A stretch of DNA of 64,000 nucleotides, taken from positions 86,278-150,277 of IMG/VR virus record IMGVR_UViG_3300044970_001522; one strand, 5' to 3'. The position numbers and the translations under genes are program-made. Positions 55,873 through 64,000 of this stretch are shown here, piece by piece. The notes under the pieces were generated by a model. That model worked only from the letters and a program-made list of their open reading frames with translations. It made no database searches and had not been told where the DNA came from. Position 1 is the stretch's first letter; every line of letters starts with the position of its first letter. This DNA is from a virus (taxonomy: Duplodnaviria > Heunggongvirae > Uroviricota > Caudoviricetes).

Positions 55873-56667
55873 ATGTACGGTGCTAACTTAGACTTTTCGT
55901 CTGTAACCCTGCCGGGAGTTGGCGGTTCCATGAACGCGGCTACAGCTATTTCCACAGATAAACTCGAGGAAATGAACCGCACAGGAAAAAAGTGGCGAAC
56001 CGACAAAGACGGTAATATGTCTTTTCATAACGAAGCTCTCTTGGACGCCAATAAGGCTAGCCGCCTGAAAAAAGAAAACTTGGTTAATCGCGATCGAGAC
56101 GCTCACGCGGACGGGCAAGCTGCCATGAAAGAGATTTTCGGTCGCAAGCGGGCGAGAATGGAGACATTTCGAGAAATAAAGAGAAAAGAGTATAACTTTG
56201 CCGATGACACTGAGCTAATGTCTATGCCTCAGCCCTTCTCACAAGCTACTTGCAAAGGAGTGGGCAAATGCAAGTGTGACTCTTGCAAAGCAGCAGCGAA
56301 AAGCGACGCAGACTTTCGAGAGTGGTCCGCGAGTAAAAGGCAGAAGTTGCAGTCCGGAGAGGAGCGGGGAGAGTTTGCTGGGCCCGGTATGTCCTTTCCC
56401 GTCGCAAGCGCTCAAGATGTGTCAGCAGCGTGGTCTTCCGTGGGCAGGGCAGCGAACCCTCGCAAAATTATGTCAGAGATTATTCGCATTGCTAAGAAGT
56501 ACGGCTGGGAGTCGGGTCTCCCTCAAACGGTGAAAGATCGAATGGGACAAGGGGAGTCAGGCTTGCCTTCCCCGGACTTCAGCGAAGAGGCTCCGAGTGC
56601 AAGAAGGAGCTCAAGGAAAGCAGCTAGAGCAGCGGTCGAAGCTGGCCAGTCAAGGTTGCCGGAGTAA
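55873..56667 (+). CDS. putative head-internal protein
   Basis: CKGVGKCKCDSC and FAGPGMSFPVASAQDVSAAW...RIAKKYGW head-associated domain. Confidence 0.65.
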   Translation: MYGANLDFSSVTLPGVGGSMNAATAISTDKLEEMNRTGKKWRTDKDGNMSFHNEALLDANKASRLKKENLVNRDRDAHADGQAAMKEIFGRKRARMETFREIKRKEYNFADDTELMSMPQPFSQATCKGVGKCKCDSCKAAAKSDADFREWSASKRQKLQSGEERGEFAGPGMSFPVASAQDVSAAWSSVGRAANPRKIMSEIIRIAKKYGWESGLPQTVKDRMGQGESGLPSPDFSEEAPSARRSSRKAARAAVEAGQSRLPE

Positions 56668-56669
56668 AC

Positions 56670-57041
56670 ATGGGACTTTTTGAAATACCACTCATAATCT
56701 GCGGCTGGATTTTCACAGCTGGTCTTGCAGGTGTCGGTGGCACCTTTGTGATTCAAGGTAAGAACGAAAAAAGAGTTCAGTACCTGAGGAACAACGCAGA
56801 CCAAAAGATAGAACGTCTTATTGAGGAGAACGACAAAAGAATTAACGCTCTGATTGCAGCGAATACCGTTCAAAACGAGAATGTCCTTTCCCACATTAAG
56901 AATGTTGAGAAAGCCCTTAACGACATGAGAGCGGAACTTCCTGAGAAGTACACACTGAAGACAGACCACAACCGTCTTGTCGACAAGGTGGAAGAGCTTT
57001 CTATGCAGTTTTACAGGCATAGAGAGAACGCTAATAGCTAG
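56670..57041 (+). CDS. single-TM coiled-coil protein (lysis-related candidate)
   Basis: N-terminal hydrophobic helix then coiled coil. Confidence 0.55.
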   Translation: MGLFEIPLIICGWIFTAGLAGVGGTFVIQGKNEKRVQYLRNNADQKIERLIEENDKRINALIAANTVQNENVLSHIKNVEKALNDMRAELPEKYTLKTDHNRLVDKVEELSMQFYRHRENANS

Positions 57042-57073
57042 GGGTAAAGTTAGGTAGTTAACCACTTACAGAA

Positions 57074-57454
57074 ATGAGTCACTGGGGATCCTTCTCACCG
57101 GAAGCTTACAGAGCTTACAAGTACGGGGTTGAAAACCCCAGCAACTTCATGGGAGTTGCTCCAGCATTTGAGAAAGAGCCAGGGAGGGACCCTGACACCT
57201 TCTTTATGGGTGAGGACGACGAGGATGACTACGACTCCGACTCTGAATACGAAGACGCTGCCGAAGACGACAGGGAAGTCGAACCGAACGGCAGCATGGC
57301 CATTTCTCAGTTGCGATCTATGAGGGACAATATTGAAACTATACTGGAACTGGTTGGGCCTTACACGAATCTGAGTCCGTGGATGGCGGCAAAGTTGGCT
57401 GAGGCTGAGAACAGCATGACTTCGGTTGCCGATGCGTTGCAATACGAAGATTGA
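57074..57454 (+). CDS. acidic hypothetical late protein
   Basis: WGSFSPEAY leader; GGGTAAAG upstream. Confidence 0.65.
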   Translation: MSHWGSFSPEAYRAYKYGVENPSNFMGVAPAFEKEPGRDPDTFFMGEDDEDDYDSDSEYEDAAEDDREVEPNGSMAISQLRSMRDNIETILELVGPYTNLSPWMAAKLAEAENSMTSVADALQYED

Positions 57455-57458
57455 GACA

Positions 57459-57800
57459 ATGTGGGGATCCTTTGACAATTCATCCTACGCTTCTTTTCGA
57501 GAGGCTGCACTGGAAAAGTATGCAGAACAGATAGATAAAAGCTCTCTTGACTGTAACGACCCTCGTGCCACTCCCGGACACCCTACAAAGTCGCACATTG
57601 TGAAAGCTTGTTACCCCGGTGCCCCTAAAGGAGGAAAGTTGCTACGATTTGGGCAACAGGGGGTGAAAGGGTCGCCGAAAAAGGAGGGAGAGTCAGAGTC
57701 GTACAAGGCTAGACGGCAGTCATTTAAAGCGAGGCATGCTGCTAATATTGCGAAGGGGAAGTCTTCTGGTAGTTATTGGGCCAATTTGGAAAAATGGTAA
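57459..57800 (+). CDS. conserved basic phage protein
   Basis: WGSFDNSSY leader; TPGHPTKSHIV...RFGQQGVKGSPKKEGES...RRQSFKARH...YWAN.EKW family widespread in marine phages. Confidence 0.75.
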   Translation: MWGSFDNSSYASFREAALEKYAEQIDKSSLDCNDPRATPGHPTKSHIVKACYPGAPKGGKLLRFGQQGVKGSPKKEGESESYKARRQSFKARHAANIAKGKSSGSYWANLEKW

Positions 57801-57930
57801 GTTAAACTAAAGAATTTTCCCTGGACACTTTGGGGGGAATGTAGTTTCTGTAGAGGTGATCCAATGCGACAAAGTTACCGTCAACCCTGTAATGTGGCGC
57901 AGGGTAAAACAACTTAGTTGAGCCAAGGGA

Positions 57931-58428
57931 ATGACAGGAGACTTTAGCGTACCCAACGTAGATCACCTCACAGAAGGAGTGCATTACCATGTTGTAGACT
58001 GGGACTTTGCGGCGTGTGAATCCGATGAGAAGATGGTATTCGGTTTATGTAGAAAAGTCGGGGGAACCGGGGACAAAGACTTCGACTCATCGAAAAGAAG
58101 CAAGCAAGAAGAGCAGCTAAGCAACGAAGCTCAGAAACAAGGTGCCGGGGCGTCAACAAAAGAGCAAGCGTCCGCAGCCAATAAAAAGGCTTTTACGGTT
58201 GAGGGGAAGAAGTTCGGCTGGGCCATCAAGGGCGGTAAACCGGTAATTGTAGCCTGGGGATCTGTTGCAGGAGAGGCGAAGGTGCCATCCGCAAAGCAGC
58301 CATCCCAGCCACAATCCCCCGCAGTGCAAACAAACAGGATTGAAGGGCTTAAGAAAGCCTTAGCGAGTCAAACCACTGAGAGTGGGCGCCAGGCCATACA
58401 GAATCAAATTCGTCAGCTTGGCGGCTAG
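57931..58428 (+). CDS. putative head-internal basic protein
   Basis: DFAACE...KMVFGLCRK module, GGGTAAAA upstream. Confidence 0.65.
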   Translation: MTGDFSVPNVDHLTEGVHYHVVDWDFAACESDEKMVFGLCRKVGGTGDKDFDSSKRSKQEEQLSNEAQKQGAGASTKEQASAANKKAFTVEGKKFGWAIKGGKPVIVAWGSVAGEAKVPSAKQPSQPQSPAVQTNRIEGLKKALASQTTESGRQAIQNQIRQLGG

Positions 58429-58491
58429 ACCCACAGTAGTGAAGGGTAAAGTTATGTACAACAAGAATCTCTTTTCGCAAGAAGGGAACCC

Positions 58492-58926
58492 ATGAATCCT
58501 AACTTCCCTGAGAACGAACTTCGGCTTGAAGGTTTCTCCCACACTCCAACGGACTACTACCGAGGAACTGTGATGGAGCCCTCAGTTACATCTACACTCC
58601 GCCCCAGCTTCGGGGAGTACGGCGCTATGGGCGAGCGGCACGAAGCGATATCGAAAGCAATTGCTGACTTGGGCTTTGCCATGAAACTCTCTCGACAGCG
58701 TGGAGCGTTTCAAGAACTTCAAAGGCAGATGGCTGCGACAAAGAAACTTGTGAAAGAGCGCGAGGCAATTGACGGCAAAATGGCAACGCTTGACCTGGCT
58801 CGAAAGAACACTGACGACCACAATATCGCTGCCGGTATGGAGACTTCCTACTCAGAGCGGATTGACTCTGTGAGTACCCGTATTAGCCGTCTTCAAGAGC
58901 TGCTATCCAACTTTAGCGACTTTTAG
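58492..58926 (+). CDS. hypothetical coiled-coil late protein
   Basis: GGGTAAAG upstream; YSE and NFSDF motifs. Confidence 0.65.
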   Translation: MNPNFPENELRLEGFSHTPTDYYRGTVMEPSVTSTLRPSFGEYGAMGERHEAISKAIADLGFAMKLSRQRGAFQELQRQMAATKKLVKEREAIDGKMATLDLARKNTDDHNIAAGMETSYSERIDSVSTRISRLQELLSNFSDF

Positions 58927-59003
58927 TCCTTATACTTGCCCTAAGGAAACCAACCGTTAAACGATAAGATGTACTCGCTTCCACAATTTTCTCAACGTCG
59001 GCC

Positions 59004-59990
59004 ATGAACGAACTCGACCACTGTTACCTCGAAGCCCTTTCTGAAGCACTGAGAGGTAACCTTAGAGAGGCTTTAGAACTCCGCAATGAAGCGGATGCGT
59101 TAGCATCCGAAGGTTTCTCCTTCTCTGAGGACTACGGGAGTAAATACCCATTCATTGAAGAGGCTGTGAACACTTTACTTGATTCGTACGAATTCACTCG
59201 ATGCGTCCGAGCCGACGGCTCGGCCTATGGTACCCGAGGTAAGTGCAAGAAAGGCACAGAGGCTGGAGCGGCTGACCAGAGGGGTGTAGGTAAGAAGGGT
59301 TCCACGAAGGAAAGAAAGGTAGCACGACTTTACGAAGCCCTTAAAGAAAAGAAACTTACGAGTAACGCGACCTGGCGATTAATGCGTCAGGTGCTTGACA
59401 CTCCCGAGGTTAAAAGCCAGTTTTCAAGTCTAGAAAAGAAAGGCGACGTGGAAGGGGCGAGAGCCCTTTACTCCAAGATTGAAGCTGAAGCTGCGAAAAA
59501 AGCGAATGCAAAGGAAGGGAGACTGGCCAAGGGCGACAGTAGGACACATGCCAGTGCGGACAGGGCTCGTGCGTCAGAGAAAGCAGAAAGCAGAAAGAGT
59601 CCGATGAAGTTAGGTAAAGAACAGCCACAGGCCGGGAAAGACATATCACCACGAAGAAGAAAAACTACGGCAGAGTATAAAGCAGTCGCGGTACAACTAT
59701 TTAATCTCCATAAAAATGCCCGGAGAAAAGCGCGAGAAGCGGAACAAGAGCTAAAAAGTGTTGAAAAAGAAACCAAAGGCGACAATAGTCGTGAAGCGAG
59801 GCTAAAACGCTCTACTGCAGAGAAAGCTTTTATGAAGGCAGACTCTAACGAAGAAAGAGCTTTGAAGGCCGCAGTCAAAGCAAACTCGTCCTATGTGAAA
59901 TTACACCGGAAGGACGAACTAGTCAAGATGAGTCCCCAACAAAAAGCCGCTGAAAAGGAGATTGATAAAATAATACAGGAACGTGGTTGA
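59004..59990 (+). CDS. putative head-internal Lys/Arg-rich protein, paralogue of 45415-46026
   Basis: Same leader plus RCVRADGSAYGTRGKCKKG, different C-terminal domain. Confidence 0.7.
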   Translation: MNELDHCYLEALSEALRGNLREALELRNEADALASEGFSFSEDYGSKYPFIEEAVNTLLDSYEFTRCVRADGSAYGTRGKCKKGTEAGAADQRGVGKKGSTKERKVARLYEALKEKKLTSNATWRLMRQVLDTPEVKSQFSSLEKKGDVEGARALYSKIEAEAAKKANAKEGRLAKGDSRTHASADRARASEKAESRKSPMKLGKEQPQAGKDISPRRRKTTAEYKAVAVQLFNLHKNARRKAREAEQELKSVEKETKGDNSREARLKRSTAEKAFMKADSNEERALKAAVKANSSYVKLHRKDELVKMSPQQKAAEKEIDKIIQERG

Positions 59991-61258
59991 GCCTAATGAG
60001 ACGCTGCACCAAGGGAAAGAGCTGTGGAGGTACCTGCATTAGCCGCGAGACTAAGTGCAGAGCCTCCTTGACCCATAAACTATCCCACCAAGTAGAAAAC
60101 TTACAGGGGTCATTAGCAGGCAAAGTTGCTAAGAACGGCGAAACAAACCCGCTGGTCAAGGACCTTATTGAGGCGTTAGCGTCCAACTCAAAGGTCAGGG
60201 TAGGTAATGACTTCCCCTCGTTAAAGCGGGAGGCAGAGCGCCAGCTTGCTGAGCTGCGCAGTAAAGAGTATATGACGGACGAGGAAATAAATAGGGCCAC
60301 GAAAGTTGAAAAGGCACTCTTTGACACATGGGCCAAGCACACCAGGGCGGATCGCCCAGCTATTCAAGAACGTCAAAATGCACTCGAATTCGACTCCGAG
60401 TTTACACCAACCCTAAAGTTAGGGGGTAGCTACGACTGGAAACAGTCGTACGAATCAGGATCAAAGGGGTTAGGATCAGGTTTGTACGGAGCGGTAATTG
60501 CATCCAAACCACCCCCGTCAGTAGTCGTGAAAAGAGGGGAGGTGGGGGAAAATGAAGTGAGAATTCTTGAGAAATTAAGTGGAAAGGATATAACCCCCAA
60601 GCTAATCTCGGCTGAGATGAATAAGTCTGCTGAGTTCAACAACGCTGGGTACTACCCTGGAAGAATAGCAATGTCTCGTGTAAAGGGTAAGCCAGCCGAA
60701 GACTTTGACTCTTACGAAAGCCCAGTTGGAAACACAACTGTGGGTGACTCTTACTACGCTCTACGAAAGAAGCTCCATGAGCAAGGTGTTGCCCATAATG
60801 ACGCCCACGTAGGAAACGTAATTATCGATGACAAGGGAAAAGCCCGTTTTGTTGACTTCGGTGTTTCACAGGACGACCCTCGTGCCGCCCTCTCAGAGGC
60901 CATCGGAGTTTTGTCGGTGAGGTACTTACTGCCCCCTGGTGCAATGCTCAGAAAGCCACTCAATGAAAACTCAGGGGATTATCAGGCACGAGACAACAAG
61001 CAGTTTTACTTGCCACCATCCGCTACAGTTACTCCGAAGGGAACTACCCCCCAAACGAACCTCGGGAAGATTATACGTAACCGAATCAAAGTTTACTCCG
61101 AGATGGAAAAGCTTGGTCTTAACAAAGACGATATTGCTGAAGTGGTGACCCACAGTTTAGACCAACCGCTCAGCTCTTACAATAAAGGTGCCTGGGGTAA
61201 GATCAGCAAAGACGACGCTGCAAGGCTTATTTCCATACTTTACGAAGGGGTTAGTTAA
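59987..61258 (+). CDS. Ser/Thr-type protein kinase with N-terminal Cys module
   Basis: GLGSGLYGAV glycine loop, VVVK lysine, ENEVRILEKL alphaC, HNDAHVGNV catalytic loop, VDFG. Confidence 0.85.
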   Translation: MSLMRRCTKGKSCGGTCISRETKCRASLTHKLSHQVENLQGSLAGKVAKNGETNPLVKDLIEALASNSKVRVGNDFPSLKREAERQLAELRSKEYMTDEEINRATKVEKALFDTWAKHTRADRPAIQERQNALEFDSEFTPTLKLGGSYDWKQSYESGSKGLGSGLYGAVIASKPPPSVVVKRGEVGENEVRILEKLSGKDITPKLISAEMNKSAEFNNAGYYPGRIAMSRVKGKPAEDFDSYESPVGNTTVGDSYYALRKKLHEQGVAHNDAHVGNVIIDDKGKARFVDFGVSQDDPRAALSEAIGVLSVRYLLPPGAMLRKPLNENSGDYQARDNKQFYLPPSATVTPKGTTPQTNLGKIIRNRIKVYSEMEKLGLNKDDIAEVVTHSLDQPLSSYNKGAWGKISKDDAARLISILYEGVS

Positions 61259-61419
61259 TGGACAAAGACCAAAAGTACCTCGACCTCATGTCACTCTACA
61301 AAAGGGTAAGGAGAAACCCAAGCGAAAGAGATCGTGCTCGGGATATTTTAAACACAGCTATGAAACTTGGGAAACGCGGAGTAAGCCCTGAAGCAAAAGA
61401 GGCAGCGAGGTACATCTAA
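61258..61419 (+). CDS. 53-aa hypothetical protein (not in ORF track)
   Basis: MDKDQKYLDLMSLYKRVRRNP...EAARYI; ATG overlaps the kinase stop. Confidence 0.55.
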   Translation: MDKDQKYLDLMSLYKRVRRNPSERDRARDILNTAMKLGKRGVSPEAKEAARYI

Positions 61420-61469
61420 GGGGGTAAAAGTAGGGGTGCCTCTGCACACAGTCTTAAGCTCTTTAGCAA

Positions 61470-64000
61470 ATGCCAGCCAAAGCCAAACGAATAGTTCTGA
61501 AGCGTTCTTCAATCGCCGGAAAGAGACCGAGTGCGTCTCACCTTCCGCCAGGCGAAGTGGGTCTAAACACAAACAGCGAAGAACCAGGGCTTTTCTTCTC
61601 AGTTACCGACGGTCAAGTAATTAAAGTTGGGCCCCCCTCAGTTCTACCCCTTCCTCCTACGAACCTCCCGGAAAAGGGTGAGTTGTGGTTCGACACCGAG
61701 GACGGCACACTCAATGTAGGGGACGCAACGAGTCAGTGGCGCACGGTGTCCGCTCCTTTCCTCGGTGGTGGGGGGAGCATAGTGTTTGTTGCTCCCGAGT
61801 TTAAGTACTCTACTGACTCGCTCAGGAATGACGGCCAAGCCCTGCCGTTTCAGACTTTGTCCCGAGCAATACTTGAGCTTTCAAAGATATACATAAGCCG
61901 CGTTTTAGCTGGTTTCTCCACTTCGAACGAAAGCAATCGCTACACAATCCTCCTGTCTTCCTCCATAGTAACAGCCAACAATGGCCCCGGTGTTAGCCTC
62001 GACGATTTCACTGTAAATTTCTCGTCGGCAACCAACAAAGTTACAACGGCACAACTACAACAGTTTAACCCTTTAAGCGGTGGGATTATCGTCCCATTCG
62101 GTATATCCATCATCGGGCTCGACTTGAAAAAGTGCGTGGTCTCCCCCGCATTTGTTCCGTCATATTTCAACCCGGCATTTCCTGCAGCTTACCAAGGAAT
62201 TGACCAACCCCTCAGCTCAATTTTCAAGTGCGGCGGAAACGCTCTCGCCGAGTCGTTCTCCGTTGTTGACAAGTTGTCATCAAGAACGGTTATTTCAATC
62301 ACAGAGGAAAATGGACTAGCGGTTTTCGCCTCCGAGAGATCACACGGACATTTCTTCAATGATGTGGTCTCCGTGAGCTTCGAGCCAACTGTTGACCAGA
62401 GCACCGGGACTTTCACTGCAGGGACCTACTATGTTGTTCCCCTTGATACCTACCGTTTTCACCTATCTTTCGGATCTCAGACGGAGACCCCCGCTGCGGA
62501 GTACATCCCTTTCTCATCCTTACCGACATTCAGCGACAAAACAACACCGAAGCTTCGGGTGGAAAACACTTTAAAGTCTGCCCACAGGTTAAAGGTGTTT
62601 GAAAACGCAACTCTGCTTGAGATTGGGGAGTACTTTACGAAAGTTCAGAAAGCCTTTCCCGACTTCTTTGGTGGAAAAGTTACAAAGGGAATGTCTCTCG
62701 TAAATAGCGGAGACTACACAATCGTGGGCCCGGTTGGAACCTACCCCAACAACGAGGACTCAAACACTACGAGAAACTCATCTTTCTACGCAAAAGACAT
62801 TGTACTCAGGTCTGACTATGGCATGAACTGGGGAGACTTCGACGGGGAGACTGTTTCTGGATTTAAGTCAGTAATTGTAAACTCCTGCACAGCGGTATCG
62901 CTGCAGAACGATCCGTGTGTGTACGAAATTTACACAACCCTCGTAAACCCGGCCACGAAGCTACCAGAGCAAAAGTGGTGGAACTTAACTGAGGCAAAGT
63001 TTCTGTCAACCCCTGTAGAGCTTCGCCCCTCTTCTCTATCAAATGTTCCAGAGAAAGATCAGCTTTCATTGTTAAACTCCACTCCCGTAAATAACATACG
63101 GTATTACTACAAGAGCCTCACAGAGCCAGGCGGCAAAAGCATAGGAATTGTAGACATCGAAAGGGACTTTCGACACTTCGGGTTCCGCGTCAGGAATGGG
63201 GCTCACGGTCAGTTTCAATCTGTGTACAGTATCGGCCCTGCAATTGGGGTCTGGGCGCTCAACGGCGGAACCTGCAGCCTAACAAATAGCACGACGAACT
63301 TTGGCTCGGTCGCGTTTAAGTCTGAGGGTTTCCTTGGAATCAACACAATCGGAGGTGCAAAACCGAACGGAAAAGGATTCGTTCTTGAAGGGGTTCAAAG
63401 GCCATTGGCCCTGCTTAAGTCTCAGGTAGAGAACCCAGACAATAAGAGAATACTTTCCCTTGGGGGAAAGATTAAGGCGATTTACATTGACCCCGAGGAC
63501 CCGAACACGCAAATACTAGAGCTGAGCTCAGACTTTTCCCCGTGTCACTTACTTCCTTACTCCTTAGGGCCGGGGACAGCACTCTGGGTTGAAACTGAGT
63601 CCTGTACCTACCGTGGATTTTTCGCCACAGACGGCGGACCCACAGTTGTCACCGGGCTTGGCGACCCTGTAAACTTTGCCAAGATTCGCTTAAGGTCCTC
63701 GGATAGTACAATACCAAACGACGAGGGACTACTACCCATTCTCGGTGTTCCGTACATTCGTAGGTTCACTGACCCGAGACAAGACTTTGAGCGGTCGTAC
63801 AGCTTATACGTGAGGAACACCCTTCCGAACGCTATCGCCCCCCAAGTTGGATCGGTACTAAGGTTAAACCAAACCAGCCAACAACAGGGTTCAATTTCGC
63901 TAAGACCGAATGTTCAATTTGACCCAGGAATTCTAGGGGGTTGGGGAAGACTATTCACAGTTGATGCTACGGAGACAGGTGGACAAGGGTCTTCTCCACA
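61470..64000 (+). CDS. large tail-fibre-like virion protein, 3' truncated by the window edge
   Basis: MPAKAKRIVLKRSSIAGKRPSASHLPPGEVGLN...GELWFDT, later FKSVIVNSCTAVSLQND; frame appears open to the end (spot-checked, not every codon). Confidence 0.75.
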   Translation, partial: MPAKAKRIVLKRSSIAGKRPSASHLPPGEVGLNTNSEEPGLFFSVTDGQVIKVGPPSVLPLPPTNLPEKGELWFDTEDGTLNVGDATSQWRTVSAPFLGGGGSIVFVAPEFKYSTDSLRNDGQALPFQTLSRAILELSKIYISRVLAGFSTSNESNRYTILLSSSIVTANNGPGVSLDDFTVNFSSATNKVTTAQLQQFNPLSGGIIVPFGISIIGLDLKKCVVSPAFVPSYFNPAFPAAYQGIDQPLSSIFKCGGNALAESFSVVDKLSSRTVISITEENGLAVFASERSHGHFFNDVVSVSFEPTVDQSTGTFTAGTYYVVPLDTYRFHLSFGSQTETPAAEYIPFSSLPTFSDKTTPKLRVENTLKSAHRLKVFENATLLEIGEYFTKVQKAFPDFFGGKVTKGMSLVNSGDYTIVGPVGTYPNNEDSNTTRNSSFYAKDIVLRSDYGMNWGDFDGETVSGFKSVIVNSCTAVSLQNDPCVYEIYTTLVNPATKLPEQKWWNLTEAKFLSTPVELRPSSLSNVPEKDQLSLLNSTPVNNIRYYYKSLTEPGGKSIGIVDIERDFRHFGFRVRNGAHGQFQSVYSIGPAIGVWALNGGTCSLTNSTTNFGSVAFKSEGFLGINTIGGAKPNGKGFVLEGVQRPLALLKSQVENPDNKRILSLGGKIKAIYIDPEDPNTQILELSSDFSPCHLLPYSLGPGTALWVETESCTYRGFFATDGGPTVVTGLGDPVNFAKIRLRSSDSTIPNDEGLLPILGVPYIRRFTDPRQDFERSYSLYVRNTLPNAIAPQVGSVLRLNQTSQQQGSISLRPNVQFDPGILGGWGRLFTVDATETGGQGSSP

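Larger units (their letters stand above)
21005..61429 (+). promoter_or_regulatory. dispersed GGGTAAA(A/G) late-promoter motif (span of copies)
   Basis: Copies at 21005, 22978, 27396, 28936, 32312, 32947 (GGGTATAA variant), 36371, 43054, 45359, 46065, 52403, 53333, 54125, 55443, 55842, 57042, 57902, 58444, 61422, almost all at gene boundaries just upstream of a start; also at 1089 and 15099. Confidence 0.75.

Noticed and set aside
61436-61624. Track ORF of 62 aa
   Set aside because: Shadow of the long frame starting at ATG 61470 that runs off the window
1-64000. Genome-wide TAG recoding
   Set aside because: Several genes end in TAG at sensible boundaries (1067, 7103, 9859) and long genes are not fragmented
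1-64000. tRNA genes, integrase, transposase
   Set aside because: No cloverleaf/T-loop context or recombinase motifs found by eye; a tRNAscan run would be needed to exclude tRNAs fully

Overview
64 kb segment of a large lytic myovirus, most likely a cyanophage of the kind that carries a mitochondrial Pol-gamma-like polymerase (S-TIM5-like; inferred from the polymerase, the DUF1517 gene and PhoH). Essentially every credible gene is on the + strand. 1-13 kb: small early/accessory ORFs behind sigma70-type promoters with hairpin spacers, including several orphan antitoxin fragments, a DUF1517/FLAP1-like membrane protein, a metallophosphoesterase and a P-loop kinase. 13-19.6 kb: GyrA/ParC-like topoisomerase subunit and Pol-gamma-like DNA polymerase. 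21-52 kb: Mu-like head module and contractile tail module, with a tail chaperone -1 frameshift and two tandem large terminase paralogues. 52-64 kb: phoH, a cluster of putative head-internal proteins, a Ser/Thr-like kinase and a tail-fibre-like gene running off the end. Main result: the major capsid gene (33043-35848) is split by four group I introns into exons of 9, 32, 240, 22 and 753 nt that splice to an intact 351-aa ORF; one intron encodes an HNH homing endonuclease. Other candidate systems are an arsenal of antitoxin-mimic mini-proteins, a modular head-cargo protein set with shared leaders and an [FYH]-[SA]-E motif, and a GGGTAAA late-promoter motif before about 20 late genes. All protein family calls come from motif recognition by eye, not database searches.
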